Of a stretch of DNA of 64,000 nt, positions 9,572 to 19,000 are shown piece by piece. The translations under genes and the position numbers were made by a program. Location of the stretch: contig OZ220670.1 in assembly GCA_965116255.1 (NCBI GenBank), positions 1,273,205-1,337,204 of the forward strand, written 5' to 3'. Under the pieces are notes generated by a model, which saw only the letters and a program-made list of their open reading frames with translations, had not been told where the DNA came from and searched no databases. Every line of letters starts with the position of its first letter. The first letter of the stretch is position 1. Source of the DNA: Dehalococcoidia bacterium. GTDB taxonomy: Bacteria; Chloroflexota; Dehalococcoidia; Lucifugimonadales; Australimonadaceae.

Positions 9572-10285
9572 ATGGACTCATTCGATACGCCGGAGCGCGC
9601 GATGCTGGTCATTCCCCACCCCGACGACGGCGAGTCGGGATGCGGCGGCACCGTAGCCAGGTGGATCAGCGAAGGCACGGAGGTGCTCTACGTCGTCTGC
9701 ACCAACGGCAACAAGGGTACGTCCGACCGCGAGATGACACCCGAACGGCTCGCCAAGACTCGCCGTGCCGAGCAGGACGCGGCCATCGAGGTGCTCGGCG
9801 TCCAGGAACTGGCGTGGCTCGACTACGGTGACGGCGAATTGGAGGATACGCGCGAATTTCGGGGGCGCCTTGTGCGCGAGATTCGCCGCTTCCGCCCCGA
9901 CGTAGTGCTCGCCATCGACCCCATGCGCGTCCAGAGCCACACCCACCGCGACCACCGGATCTCCGGCCAGGTGGCGATGGACGCCTGCTTTCCCTACTCA
10001 CGCGATGTGCTGCACTACGCGGAGCACATCGCCGAAGGGCTCAACCCGCACTCGGTGCAGACGATGCTGCTGTGGGGCAGCGAGAACCCCGACGTGGCCA
10101 TCGACATTTCCCAGACGCTCAGCACCAAGCTGGAGGCGCTGTCGCAGCACAAGAGCCAGCTTTCGATGGCGCGCAACGACATGGAAGAGTTCATCAAGAC
10201 GTGGGCGCGGCGTGCCGCCGAGCGCTCCGCCGGCACCGGCTACGAATACGCGGAGGCCTTCCGCAAGGTAGCTTTCCGGCGGTAG
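9572..10285 (+). CDS. PIG-L/LmbE family deacetylase
   Basis: MLVIPHPDDGESGCGGTVA...VCTNGNKGTSD...HRDH motifs of the LmbE (MshB/BshB/Mca) fold. Confidence 0.88.
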   Translation: MDSFDTPERAMLVIPHPDDGESGCGGTVARWISEGTEVLYVVCTNGNKGTSDREMTPERLAKTRRAEQDAAIEVLGVQELAWLDYGDGELEDTREFRGRLVREIRRFRPDVVLAIDPMRVQSHTHRDHRISGQVAMDACFPYSRDVLHYAEHIAEGLNPHSVQTMLLWGSENPDVAIDISQTLSTKLEALSQHKSQLSMARNDMEEFIKTWARRAAERSAGTGYEYAEAFRKVAFRR

Positions 10286-10405
10286 CTCTCTTCCCTCGCC
10301 CACCGAGAGAGGGTTGGGGTCGCGTTCCGTCAATGTGCGCGCCCTCTCACCCGCCCTGGCGCGCGCAGCAGCCTCTCCCCGGAGGAGAGGCGACGACCTC
10401 AGCCT

Positions 10406-11611
10406 CTACAAGCGCCGCAGCCTCGGCGCGAACACCCCGGCGATGACCGTAATCGCCAGCAGTCCGCCGCCGTTGATCAGCAGCGCGGCCGAGGCGCCGA
10501 GATACCCCGCAAGCGCGCCCATTTGCAGGTGGCCGAATGGCGCAGAGCCAATCGCAAACACCCATGAGCCCATCGCTCTCCCACGCAGGTGCGTCGCGAC
10601 GCTCAGCTGCATCAGGCTCTGGGTCAGGATGTCGGACAGCGCCGCGGCCCCTGCCACCATCACCAGCGCGGTGACAGCCAGCGGAAAGACGCGCGAGCCG
10701 CCCAACAGCATCAGCGACCCTGCGAAGAGCACCAGCAGGACGATGTACGTGCGCCCCTTGCGCGCTACCTCGCCCTGTGTCGATATCCACAGAATGGCGA
10801 GTATGCCGCCAACCGCCTGAGAGGAGTGCAGCACCCCCAATCCCTCGGAGCCGACGTTGAGGACGTCACGCGCAAGCGGCGCAAGCGCCGTCAAGTACGA
10901 GAAGCCGAACACCTCGACCGCGGCCGTCAAGCCGACCAGCAGCAGGAGCGTGTGGTTGGTGCGCATCTCGGTGGCGTATTGGCGCAGGTTGGCCAAGATG
11001 GGCTCACGCCGCTGCCCCGCGTCACGGCTGCGGGTGCGGCTCAGGGATATGACGACAGCGGCCAGCGCGTGCATCCCCGCCAGCGCAAAGTAGGCGTACT
11101 CAGGGCCAGCCCGCTCCGTGAGCGATCCCGCAAGCAACGGTCCGGCGAACCCTCCGAGGCGCGTCGCCAGCGTGACCATGCTGATGGCGCTGACCAAGGC
11201 GCCCGACCCGACAATGTCGTAGGCGTACGAGAGGCGCGACGGCTGGTAGAGCGCCTTGAACGCACCCGAGAAGAGGGTCAGCACCAGCACCTGCCAGACT
11301 TCCAGCAAATCGAACGCCAGCAGCAGCCCTATGCCCGCAAGGATGACGGCGAGGCCTGCATCGAGGTAGCGCAGCAGCAGACGCCGGTCCAACCAGTCGG
11401 CAACCGCGCCGCCGGGAAGGCCAAAGAGCAGCATGGGCAGGAAGAAGAGGGCGAGCGTCAGCCCGACCATGAATGCGCTGTCGGTCCACTGAAGGACGAT
11501 CCACGAAACGACGACCAGCTCGCCAGTCATACCGGCGCCGTTTAGAATGGACGCGCCGGTAAGGAGGCGGAAGTCGCGCTCGCGGAGCGCGGGGATGCGG
11601 GGGCGCCTCAA
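10406..11611 (-). CDS. MFS transporter
   Basis: 401 aa, about 12 hydrophobic segments, N-terminus RDFRLLTGASILNGAG typical of MFS_1/ENTS-like carriers. Confidence 0.8.
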   Translation of the reverse strand: MRRPRIPALRERDFRLLTGASILNGAGMTGELVVVSWIVLQWTDSAFMVGLTLALFFLPMLLFGLPGGAVADWLDRRLLLRYLDAGLAVILAGIGLLLAFDLLEVWQVLVLTLFSGAFKALYQPSRLSYAYDIVGSGALVSAISMVTLATRLGGFAGPLLAGSLTERAGPEYAYFALAGMHALAAVVISLSRTRSRDAGQRREPILANLRQYATEMRTNHTLLLLVGLTAAVEVFGFSYLTALAPLARDVLNVGSEGLGVLHSSQAVGGILAILWISTQGEVARKGRTYIVLLVLFAGSLMLLGGSRVFPLAVTALVMVAGAAALSDILTQSLMQLSVATHLRGRAMGSWVFAIGSAPFGHLQMGALAGYLGASAALLINGGGLLAITVIAGVFAPRLRRL

Positions 11612-11676
11612 CTCTCACTCCGTACACTCAAAACGGCTCGCGCACCCACAGACAGATTGTACAGGACACTCATTCT

Positions 11677-11922
11677 GTGCCTGCTCCTCGTGTGGGAGCG
11701 GCCAAGGCGATGCTCCTCAATACAAGGCTTGTTGCGGCGAGGTTGGGGAGCGGTATAGTACGAAGCGTGCAGAGCATCCCAAACGATTGTCCGTTGTGCG
11801 ACGGCGAACTGGAGTGGAACGGGGTCTTCTACGTCTGTGAGGCCTGCTTTACTCCATTCGACCCCCCCGAACTGGCCAGCGCATGGCGTGAACGCCTAAG
11901 CCACGGCGGAGCTACGCCGTGA
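11677..11922 (+). CDS. Small zinc-ribbon protein (CxxC-N14-CxxC), hypothetical
   Basis: CPLCDGELEWNGVFYVCEAC. Its stop overlaps the next gene's start (GTGA at 11919-11922). The likely real start is GTG at 11767, giving about 51 aa. Confidence 0.5.
   Translation: MPAPRVGAAKAMLLNTRLVAARLGSGIVRSVQSIPNDCPLCDGELEWNGVFYVCEACFTPFDPPELASAWRERLSHGGATP
11732..11759 (+). promoter_or_regulatory. Candidate sigma-70-type promoter for the zinc-ribbon/lipid operon
   Basis: TTGCGG (11732-11737), 16-nt spacer, TATAGT (11754-11759). An in-frame GTG at 11767 lies 7 nt after the -10 box, suggesting a leaderless or near-leaderless transcript. Confidence 0.4.
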
Positions 11923-12707
11923 CCGAGCATGTCCTGATCGAGCGGAACGGCCCCGTCGCACGCGTCGTGCTCAACCGCCCCGAGCGCCGTAACGCCGTAT
12001 CGCTCGCCATGTGGCGCCAGCTGGTCGAGGCCTTCGATGCACTGGAACCCGACCATGCGGTGCGCGTCGTGGTCGTCACCGGTGCAGGCGATTCGGCGTT
12101 CTCCGCCGGTGCCGACATTGCGGAATTCGGAGAGACGCGCAGTACGCCCGAGGGGGCGCGCTCATACCGCGAGACGTTCGAGGCGGCGTGCCACGCCCTC
12201 GCGCGCCTCAGCAAACCGACCATCGCCGCCGTGCGCGGCTACTGCATTGGCGGCGGCTTCGAGTTGGCGCTGAGCGCCGACCTGCGCATCGCCTCCACCA
12301 GCGCGTCCTTCGGGATACCCGCCGGGCGGATGGGGCTGGCCATCGGACACGGCTTCGTGCAGCGCATGACTGCGCTCGCGGGCCCTGGGCATGCCGCCTA
12401 CCTCTTGCTCACGGGCCGCTCCGTCGACGCCGCGCAAGCGTACGCGATGGGCCTTGCCAACACCGTCGTCTCTGACGACGACTTCGACGCCTACGTGGCA
12501 GGCCTAGTCGACGACATCGCGGCGCTCTCGTCCAACTCGCACCGGCTCCACAAGGGCGTACTGGCCGACCTGGAGGCGTACGGAGCGTCATCGGACGTAC
12601 CGCCGGAGCGGCTAGCGCTACCGCAATCGGCCACGGCGCACGCGGACTTTCACGAGGGCGTGCGCGCCTTCCTCGAACGCCGCAAGCCCGACTTCGGGGG
12701 AACGTAG
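11919..12707 (+). CDS. Enoyl-CoA hydratase/isomerase (crotonase) family protein
   Basis: VVVTGAGDSAFSAGADIAEF...AAVRGYCIGGGFELALSADLRIAS crotonase-fold motifs. Confidence 0.9.
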   Translation: MTEHVLIERNGPVARVVLNRPERRNAVSLAMWRQLVEAFDALEPDHAVRVVVVTGAGDSAFSAGADIAEFGETRSTPEGARSYRETFEAACHALARLSKPTIAAVRGYCIGGGFELALSADLRIASTSASFGIPAGRMGLAIGHGFVQRMTALAGPGHAAYLLLTGRSVDAAQAYAMGLANTVVSDDDFDAYVAGLVDDIAALSSNSHRLHKGVLADLEAYGASSDVPPERLALPQSATAHADFHEGVRAFLERRKPDFGGT

Positions 12708-12759
12708 AGGCTTCCCTACCGCTATAATCCCACCCGCCATCCCTTCCCTGGGTGCACGA

Positions 12760-13158
12760 TTGGACTTCGACGCCATTCAACCCGGTACGACGCTCGCGCG
12801 AGAACCGTTGACAATATCGCGCGAACGCGCGGCGCTGTACCGCGACGCCGTCGGCGACCGGTCTGCGCTCTACGACGAGGCGGGCGTTGCCCCGGCAATG
12901 GCCGTCGCCGCACTGGCGATGGAATCGGCAATGCGCGCCGTCGAGCTGCCCTCTGGCGCAATCCATGTCTCCCAACAGCTGGCCTTCATGCAACCCCTCG
13001 CGCTCGAGCGCCCCACGACGTGCACGACCACAATGTCGCAGAACTCCGTGCGTCGGGGCGTGCGCTTCCTTGTGCTGCAATTCGAGGTCGCCAGCGATGG
13101 CGGCGCCCCGGTGATGACCGGTAGCGCCACCATCACCATCAAGGAGGCCGACGCATGA
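12760..13158 (+). CDS. MaoC-like hotdog protein, N-terminal-type (HadA-like, non-catalytic partner)
   Basis: 132 aa hotdog-sized protein lacking the hydratase motif. It overlaps the following MaoC gene by ATGA. TTG start. Confidence 0.6.
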   Translation: MDFDAIQPGTTLAREPLTISRERAALYRDAVGDRSALYDEAGVAPAMAVAALAMESAMRAVELPSGAIHVSQQLAFMQPLALERPTTCTTTMSQNSVRRGVRFLVLQFEVASDGGAPVMTGSATITIKEADA

Positions 13159-13538
13159 GTGCGCCCGCGCTTGCAGGAGCGCCCCGCGTCGTTACCCAGG
13201 ACCAACTGCACCTCTACGCCGACGCCAGCGGCGACCACAACCCCCTGCACCTCAATGAGCAGTTCGCCGCCACGACGATGTTCGGGCGCACCATTGCTCA
13301 CGGGATGCTGGTGCTCGCGTTCATTTCGGAGATGATGACCGCTGCGTTCGGCGAGCGATGGCTGCATGCAGGGGCGCTCGACGTCCGCTTTCGCGCACCT
13401 GTCTTTCCCGGCGACGAGGTGCAAGCCGTCGGCACGCTCCGCGAGGGCGGCGGTAATGTCTACGACGTCGTGGTCCGCAACCAGGACGGCGTCGATGTCA
13501 TCACCGGCACGGCGGCGGTAGGTACAGGTGATGGCTAG
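13155..13538 (+). CDS. MaoC family (R)-specific dehydratase (HadB-like catalytic partner)
   Basis: YADASGDHNPLHLNEQFAATTMFGRTIAHGML hydratase-2 motif. Confidence 0.85.
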   Translation: MSAPALAGAPRVVTQDQLHLYADASGDHNPLHLNEQFAATTMFGRTIAHGMLVLAFISEMMTAAFGERWLHAGALDVRFRAPVFPGDEVQAVGTLREGGGNVYDVVVRNQDGVDVITGTAAVGTGDG

Positions 13539-14538
13539 CGACAGCGGCCCCGTAATTGCGCTCGATGCGATGGGCGGCGACACCGCGCCCGGCGTACAGG
13601 TGCTCGGCGGAGTGCTGGCCGCGCGCGAAGGCCTGCGCGTGCTGCTGATCGGCGACGAGACTCCCGTCCGCGCAGAACTCGCCAAGCACGACACCGCTGG
13701 GCTCGCCATCAATGTCGTGCCGTCGGACGGCGTGGTGCCGGAGGGTGAGAACCCTGTGCGGGCGCTCCGCACCAACCCTCGCGCGTCCATCGCCGTCGCT
13801 GTCGGCCTCGTCAAGGAGGGAGCGGCCAACGGCGCGGTCAGCATGGGCTCGACGGGTGCGGCAATGGCCGCCTCCGTCCTCGCGCTCGGACTGATGGAGG
13901 GGCTGAACCGTCCGGCGCTCGGCGGTCCATTCATCGCGCTGGCTCCTCGCACATCCATAATTGACCTCGGCTCGCAGATAGACTGCCGACCCTCACAGTT
14001 GCTGAGCTTCGCGGCGCTGGGGGTGGCCTTCGCACGCTCATACCAGCGCATCGAGTCGCCGCGCGTCGGCCTGCTCAGCGTCGGCTCGGAGGAGGGCAAG
14101 GGCAACCGCCTCGTTCAGGAGGCCTACCTCCTCCTCAAGGCGAGCGTCCCCAACTTCGTTGGCAACGTCGAGGGGCACGAGGTCTTCATGGACAAGGTGG
14201 ACGTGCTGGTCTGCGACGGCTTCGTCGGCAACGTGCTGCTCAAGTACACGGAGGGATTGGCCCAGGCGGCGGGGCGCTACCTTGGCGAAGCGCTCGGCGC
14301 AGGCTCGCCCGCCGTGCAAGCGATCCGCGACCTTGCAGGTGCCGCCGAGCACGCCGGCGGGCCGCTCTTCGGCGTCAACGGCGTCGTCATCATCGGGCAT
14401 GGGCGCTCGGGCGCCGAGCACATCGCCAACGCAATCAAGCGCGCTGCCGACGTGCACTCGCACGGCGTTATCGGCGCGATGCGCGACGAACTCGCGTCGG
14501 TGCTGGCGCGCGCAGAAGGAGCGGCCGCCGATGGGTAA
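13528..14538 (+). CDS. plsX: Phosphate acyltransferase PlsX
   Basis: IALDAMGGDTAP...CDGFVGNVLLK...GVVIIGHGRS, canonical PlsX motifs. Confidence 0.93.
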   Translation: MMASDSGPVIALDAMGGDTAPGVQVLGGVLAAREGLRVLLIGDETPVRAELAKHDTAGLAINVVPSDGVVPEGENPVRALRTNPRASIAVAVGLVKEGAANGAVSMGSTGAAMAASVLALGLMEGLNRPALGGPFIALAPRTSIIDLGSQIDCRPSQLLSFAALGVAFARSYQRIESPRVGLLSVGSEEGKGNRLVQEAYLLLKASVPNFVGNVEGHEVFMDKVDVLVCDGFVGNVLLKYTEGLAQAAGRYLGEALGAGSPAVQAIRDLAGAAEHAGGPLFGVNGVVIIGHGRSGAEHIANAIKRAADVHSHGVIGAMRDELASVLARAEGAAADG

Positions 14539-15277
14539 GCTGGGCGGCAGGCGCGCCCTGGTGACAGGCGCGAGTCACGGCATCGGGCGAGCCGTCGCGC
14601 TGCGGCTCGCGAGGGAGGGCGCCGCCGTCGCGCTCAACTACCGCAGCAGCGCCGCGGAGGCGGAAGAGGCGGCAACGGCCATCGGCGCGAACGGCGGTAC
14701 AGCCGTCGTGCTGGAAGGCGACGTAGCAGACCCGGCGCAGGCGGCAGCGCTCGTCGACGGCGCAATCAACGTGCTTGGCGGGATCGACGTGCTGGTCAAC
14801 AACGCCGGCATCACCCGCGACTCGCTCATCATGCGCATGAGCGACGACGATTGGGACGCCGTGCTGAGCACAAATCTGAGCGGGGCGTTCTACTGCTGCC
14901 GGGCGGCGGCGCGGCACATGGTGCGCCAGCGATGGGGTCGCATCATCAACATGTCGTCCGTCGTCGGCGTGGCGGGAAACGCGGGGCAGGCCAACTACAC
15001 GGCAGCCAAGGCCGGCCTCATCGGCCTGACGAAGACGCTGGCCAAGGAGCTGGCATCACGCGGAGTCACGGCCAACGCCATCGCCCCCGGCTTCATCGAA
15101 ACGCGAATGGTCGAGGCACTCTCGGACGAACTCCGCGAGGGCGTGCTCGGCCGCATAGCACTCGGCCGATTCGGCACCCCCGACGACGTCGCCGGAGTCG
15201 TTGCATTCCTCGCTTCGGAAGATGCGTCCTACGTGACCGGCGAGGTTATCGGGGTGGACGGCGGCCTCGCCATCTAG
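14531..15277 (+). CDS. fabG: 3-oxoacyl-ACP reductase FabG (SDR)
   Basis: ALVTGASHGIGRAVA...NNAGITRD...YTAAKAGLIGLTK. The ATG at 14531 overlaps the plsX stop by 8 nt. The longer listed ORF from 14159 is an out-of-context extension. Confidence 0.92.
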   Translation: MGKLGGRRALVTGASHGIGRAVALRLAREGAAVALNYRSSAAEAEEAATAIGANGGTAVVLEGDVADPAQAAALVDGAINVLGGIDVLVNNAGITRDSLIMRMSDDDWDAVLSTNLSGAFYCCRAAARHMVRQRWGRIINMSSVVGVAGNAGQANYTAAKAGLIGLTKTLAKELASRGVTANAIAPGFIETRMVEALSDELREGVLGRIALGRFGTPDDVAGVVAFLASEDASYVTGEVIGVDGGLAI

Positions 15278-15297
15278 CAGCGCAGAGGAGAGCAAGC

Positions 15298-16083
15298 ATG
15301 ACACTACCCCCGCAGGAGCACATGGGGCCGGGCGAGCGCATCATGGTCGTCGTCGCCCACCCGGACGACGCGGAATTCATGTGCTCCGGCACCATGGCCA
15401 AATGGACGCGTGAGGGGCGAGAGGGCGTCTACGTCATCGCGACCAACGGCAACAAGGGCACTTCCGACAGGGATGCCGACACGGCCGCACTCGCGCGAGT
15501 GCGTGAGGAGGAGCAGCGGCGCGCCTGCGGCATCCTCGGCGTCAGCCAGGTCGAGTTTCTGGGTTACGAGGACGGAATGCTCCAGAACACGCTGGAGTTG
15601 CGCCGCGATCTGGTGCGGCTCATTCGCCTCTTCCGCCCGACGGCAGTCGTGACCGAAAACCCGACGATGCGCTGGTTCGGCAACTACCTCAACCATCCCG
15701 ACCACCGCGCCGTCGGAGAGGCGGCGATGGACGCGGTCTTCCCGTCTGCGCGCGACTTCCACATGTGGCCGGAGTTGCACCACGACGAGGGTCTCGAACC
15801 GCACATCGTGGAGCACCTTTACATCGGCGCGCGGGGATACGACGCCAACGTGTGGATAGACATCGCCGAAACGTTGGACAAGAAGGCGGAGGCACTGCGC
15901 GCACACGCCTCACAGGTGCGCAATCCGTCGCCGGAGTTCGACGAGTGGATTCGTGTGATGGCGCGCCGCTCCGCCGGAGAACCGGGCCTGGAGTATGCGG
16001 AAGCCTTCCGCTACTTCTACCTCGGCGCTCGCCCTACCTCACAGACGAACGCGCAACCCAAGGACACGCCGACGCGGGCGTAG
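15298..16083 (+). CDS. PIG-L/LmbE family deacetylase (second paralog)
   Basis: IMVVVAHPDDAEFMCSGTMA...ATNGNKGTSDRD...HPDHRAVG. Internal ATG at 15298 of listed ORF 14851..16083. Confidence 0.88.
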   Translation: MTLPPQEHMGPGERIMVVVAHPDDAEFMCSGTMAKWTREGREGVYVIATNGNKGTSDRDADTAALARVREEEQRRACGILGVSQVEFLGYEDGMLQNTLELRRDLVRLIRLFRPTAVVTENPTMRWFGNYLNHPDHRAVGEAAMDAVFPSARDFHMWPELHHDEGLEPHIVEHLYIGARGYDANVWIDIAETLDKKAEALRAHASQVRNPSPEFDEWIRVMARRSAGEPGLEYAEAFRYFYLGARPTSQTNAQPKDTPTRA

Positions 16084-16091
16084 AATGCGCT

Positions 16092-19000
16092 CTACGCGCC
16101 TCTTCGCTGGCTTACAGCCAGCAGGGCATCGCGGCGCTGGCGCTCTTGCTCGCGCGGGGGCGGTGGGGCGATGTGCGGGAGCGGCGTCACCTTGCGGAAC
16201 AGCGGCAGATAGCTCGACCAGTTGTCCAGGATGTCCTCAGCACGAGCGCTTCGCGTCATTTCGTGGTGGCGCAGGATGAGCGTATGCAGCAGACCCACGT
16301 CCTCCGGATCATCCACCGTCTCGATGCCCACCATCTCTAGGTTCACCTTCCAATCCAGCGAGCCGTCGATGTCGAGTGCGAATGCCGCGCCGCCGGACAT
16401 GCCAGCGCCGACGTTGCGCCCGACTGGGCCAAGGACGACGACCACGCCGCCCGTCATGTACTCGCAGGCGTGATCGCCGACGCCTTCGACGACTGACCAT
16501 GCGCCCGAGTTGCGTACGGCGAACCGCTCGCCCGCGCGCCCTGCTGCAAAGAGGCGCCCACCCGTCGCGCCGTAGAGGACAGTGTTGCCCATGATGACGT
16601 TGTCGTGCGCGTGGTAGGTTGCGTCGTCAGGCGGCCGGAGCACGAGTTCGCCGCCATGCATCCCCTTGCCCACATAGTCGTTTGCCTCCCCCTCCAACGT
16701 CAGATGCATGCCGTCGAGGAGGAACGCGCCGAATGACTGGCCTGCAGAGCCCCGGAATCGCAGATCGATGGAGTGCTCGGGCAGGCCGGAGTCGCCGTGG
16801 ATGTACGCGATTTCGCCCGCGATACGCGCTCCGACGGTGCGGTGGACGTTGCGGATCTCGCGCTCTATCTTGACCGCCTGTCGCCCCTCGATTGCCGGGC
16901 GCACCTGCGGTAGAAGCACGTCATCGAGCAGATTGTCCTCCGGGCGGTCATTCCGCTCTTGCATGCGGCGCACGGGCCGGGTTCCAGTGGGGTCGGCCGG
17001 GGCAAGCAGCCGGCTGAGGTCAATGGTGTGCGCGTTGGGTGCTCCCTCCACTGGGATTTGCTCAAGCAGGTCGGAGCGTCCGACGATATCGTCGAGGTTG
17101 CGCACGCCGAGGGAAGCGAGGACGGTACGCAACTCCTCGGCGATGAAGAACATGTAGCGCACCAGCATCTCCGGCGCGCCCCAGTACTTCGCCCGCAGCT
17201 CAGGGTCTTGCGTCGCGACTCCTACGGGGCAGGTGTTGAGGTGGCACTGGCGCGCGATCTGGCAGCCCACGGCAACCATCGCGGCGGTGCCGAACCCGAA
17301 CTCCTCCGCCCCGAGCATGGCGGCGATTGCGATGTCCTCGCCCGTCTTCAGGCCTCCGTCGGTGCGCAGCGTGATGCGCCCGCGCAGGTCGTTTTCGACC
17401 AGTACCTGCTGCGTCTCAACGACGCCCAACTCCCACGGGGAGCCCGCGTACTTGATTGAGACCCAGGGTGATGCACCCGTGCCGCCTTCGCCGCCCGATA
17501 TCAGCACGTAGTCGGCGTAGCCCTTCGCGACGCCCGCCGCAATCGTGCCAACCCCCGCCTCAGCCACCAGCTTGACGGCCACCGTCGCGCGTGGATTGAC
17601 CGCCTTCAGGTCGTATATCAGTTGCGCGAGGTCCTCGATGGAGTAGATGTCGTGGTGCGGTGGGGGCGAAATGAGGGGGACGCCCGGCTGCGTGCGCCGC
17701 GCCGTCGCGATGATCTCCGTCACCTTGTGCCCCGGCAGCTGGCCTCCCTCGCCGGGCTTGGAGCCCTGCGCCATTTTGATTTCGAGCACGTCGGCGAGCG
17801 CCAGATATTCAGGCGTGACGCCGAACCGGCCGCTCGCGACCTGCTTCATGCGGCTGCCCGTGCGCACGCCCCCGCTCAACTCCCGGAAGCGGCGCGGATC
17901 CTCACCGCCCTCGCCCGAGCCGCTCTTGGAGTCCATCATGTTGTAGGCGCTGGCGATGCCCTGGTGTGCCTCGATGCTGAGCGCGCCGAACGACATGGAG
18001 CCGCCGTTGAAGCGTTTGACGATGCTGGAGGCGGGCTCAACCTCGTCCAAGGGTACGGGGGTTGCTTCGTGCTTGATGCGCAAGAGGTCGCGCAGCGATA
18101 TCGGCGCCTGGTTATGCATCATCTCCACATACTGGTCGTACCCGCTTTGCCCCGTGCCTTCCTCCTCGAGCGCCTTGTGCAGGACGCGCACGCTGCCGGG
18201 CGAGAAGCCGTGAGGCTCGCCGCCGCGACGGTAGCGGTAGTAGCCATGGTCGACGAGGCCATCGCCCTTGGCTCCGTTCGCTAGGTCGGCCGCGAATGCC
18301 TCGGTATGCAGCTGCTGGACGGCTGCGGCAATTTCGTCGAAACCGATGCCGCCTATCGGCGACGGCGTGCCGGCGAACGCGCGCTCAATGACCTCGCCTG
18401 AGAGTCCGATGGCCTCGAATATCTGCGCGCCGTGGTAGGCGCTGACCGTGCTGATGCCCATCTTGGACATGATCTTGAGCAACTGCTTGTTGATGGTGCG
18501 CAGGTAGTTGGCTAGCGCCACTACGGTCGGGATGTCGGCGTCGTGCCCCACCTCGATGAGGTCGACGACGGTCGCGAACGCAAGGTAGGGATTGACGGCG
18601 CTTGCGCCATAGCCAATCAGCAGCGCCACCTGGTGGGGGTCGCGCGCCTCTCCTGTTTCCGCAACTATCGACGCGCGCATCCGCTTGCGAGCGCGAATGA
18701 GGTGGTTGTGCACGGCGCCGACCGCGAGCAGCATCGGGATAGCAGCGTTGGCCGAGTCGACTCCCTTGTCGGAGATGATGAGCACCCCCGCACCGTCGTC
18801 AACGGCAGCCTCCGCCTCGGCGCTCAATCGCGTGAGCGCGCCCTCAAGCCCCGCGCCGCCCGACGCCACCCCATACAGAGCGGACAGCGTCGTTACGCCG
18901 AGGCCTGCAACGTCCTCCCGCACAGCGGCGAGTTGTGCATCTGCCAGCACGGGCGCATCGAGGCGCAGCAGGCCTGCATGATCCTCCGTTTCCTCCAAGA

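Noticed and set aside
10589-11545. 318-aa antisense ORF across the MFS gene
   Set aside because: Charged, Arg/Gln/Glu-rich composition with no motifs, lying opposite a convincing transporter CDS.
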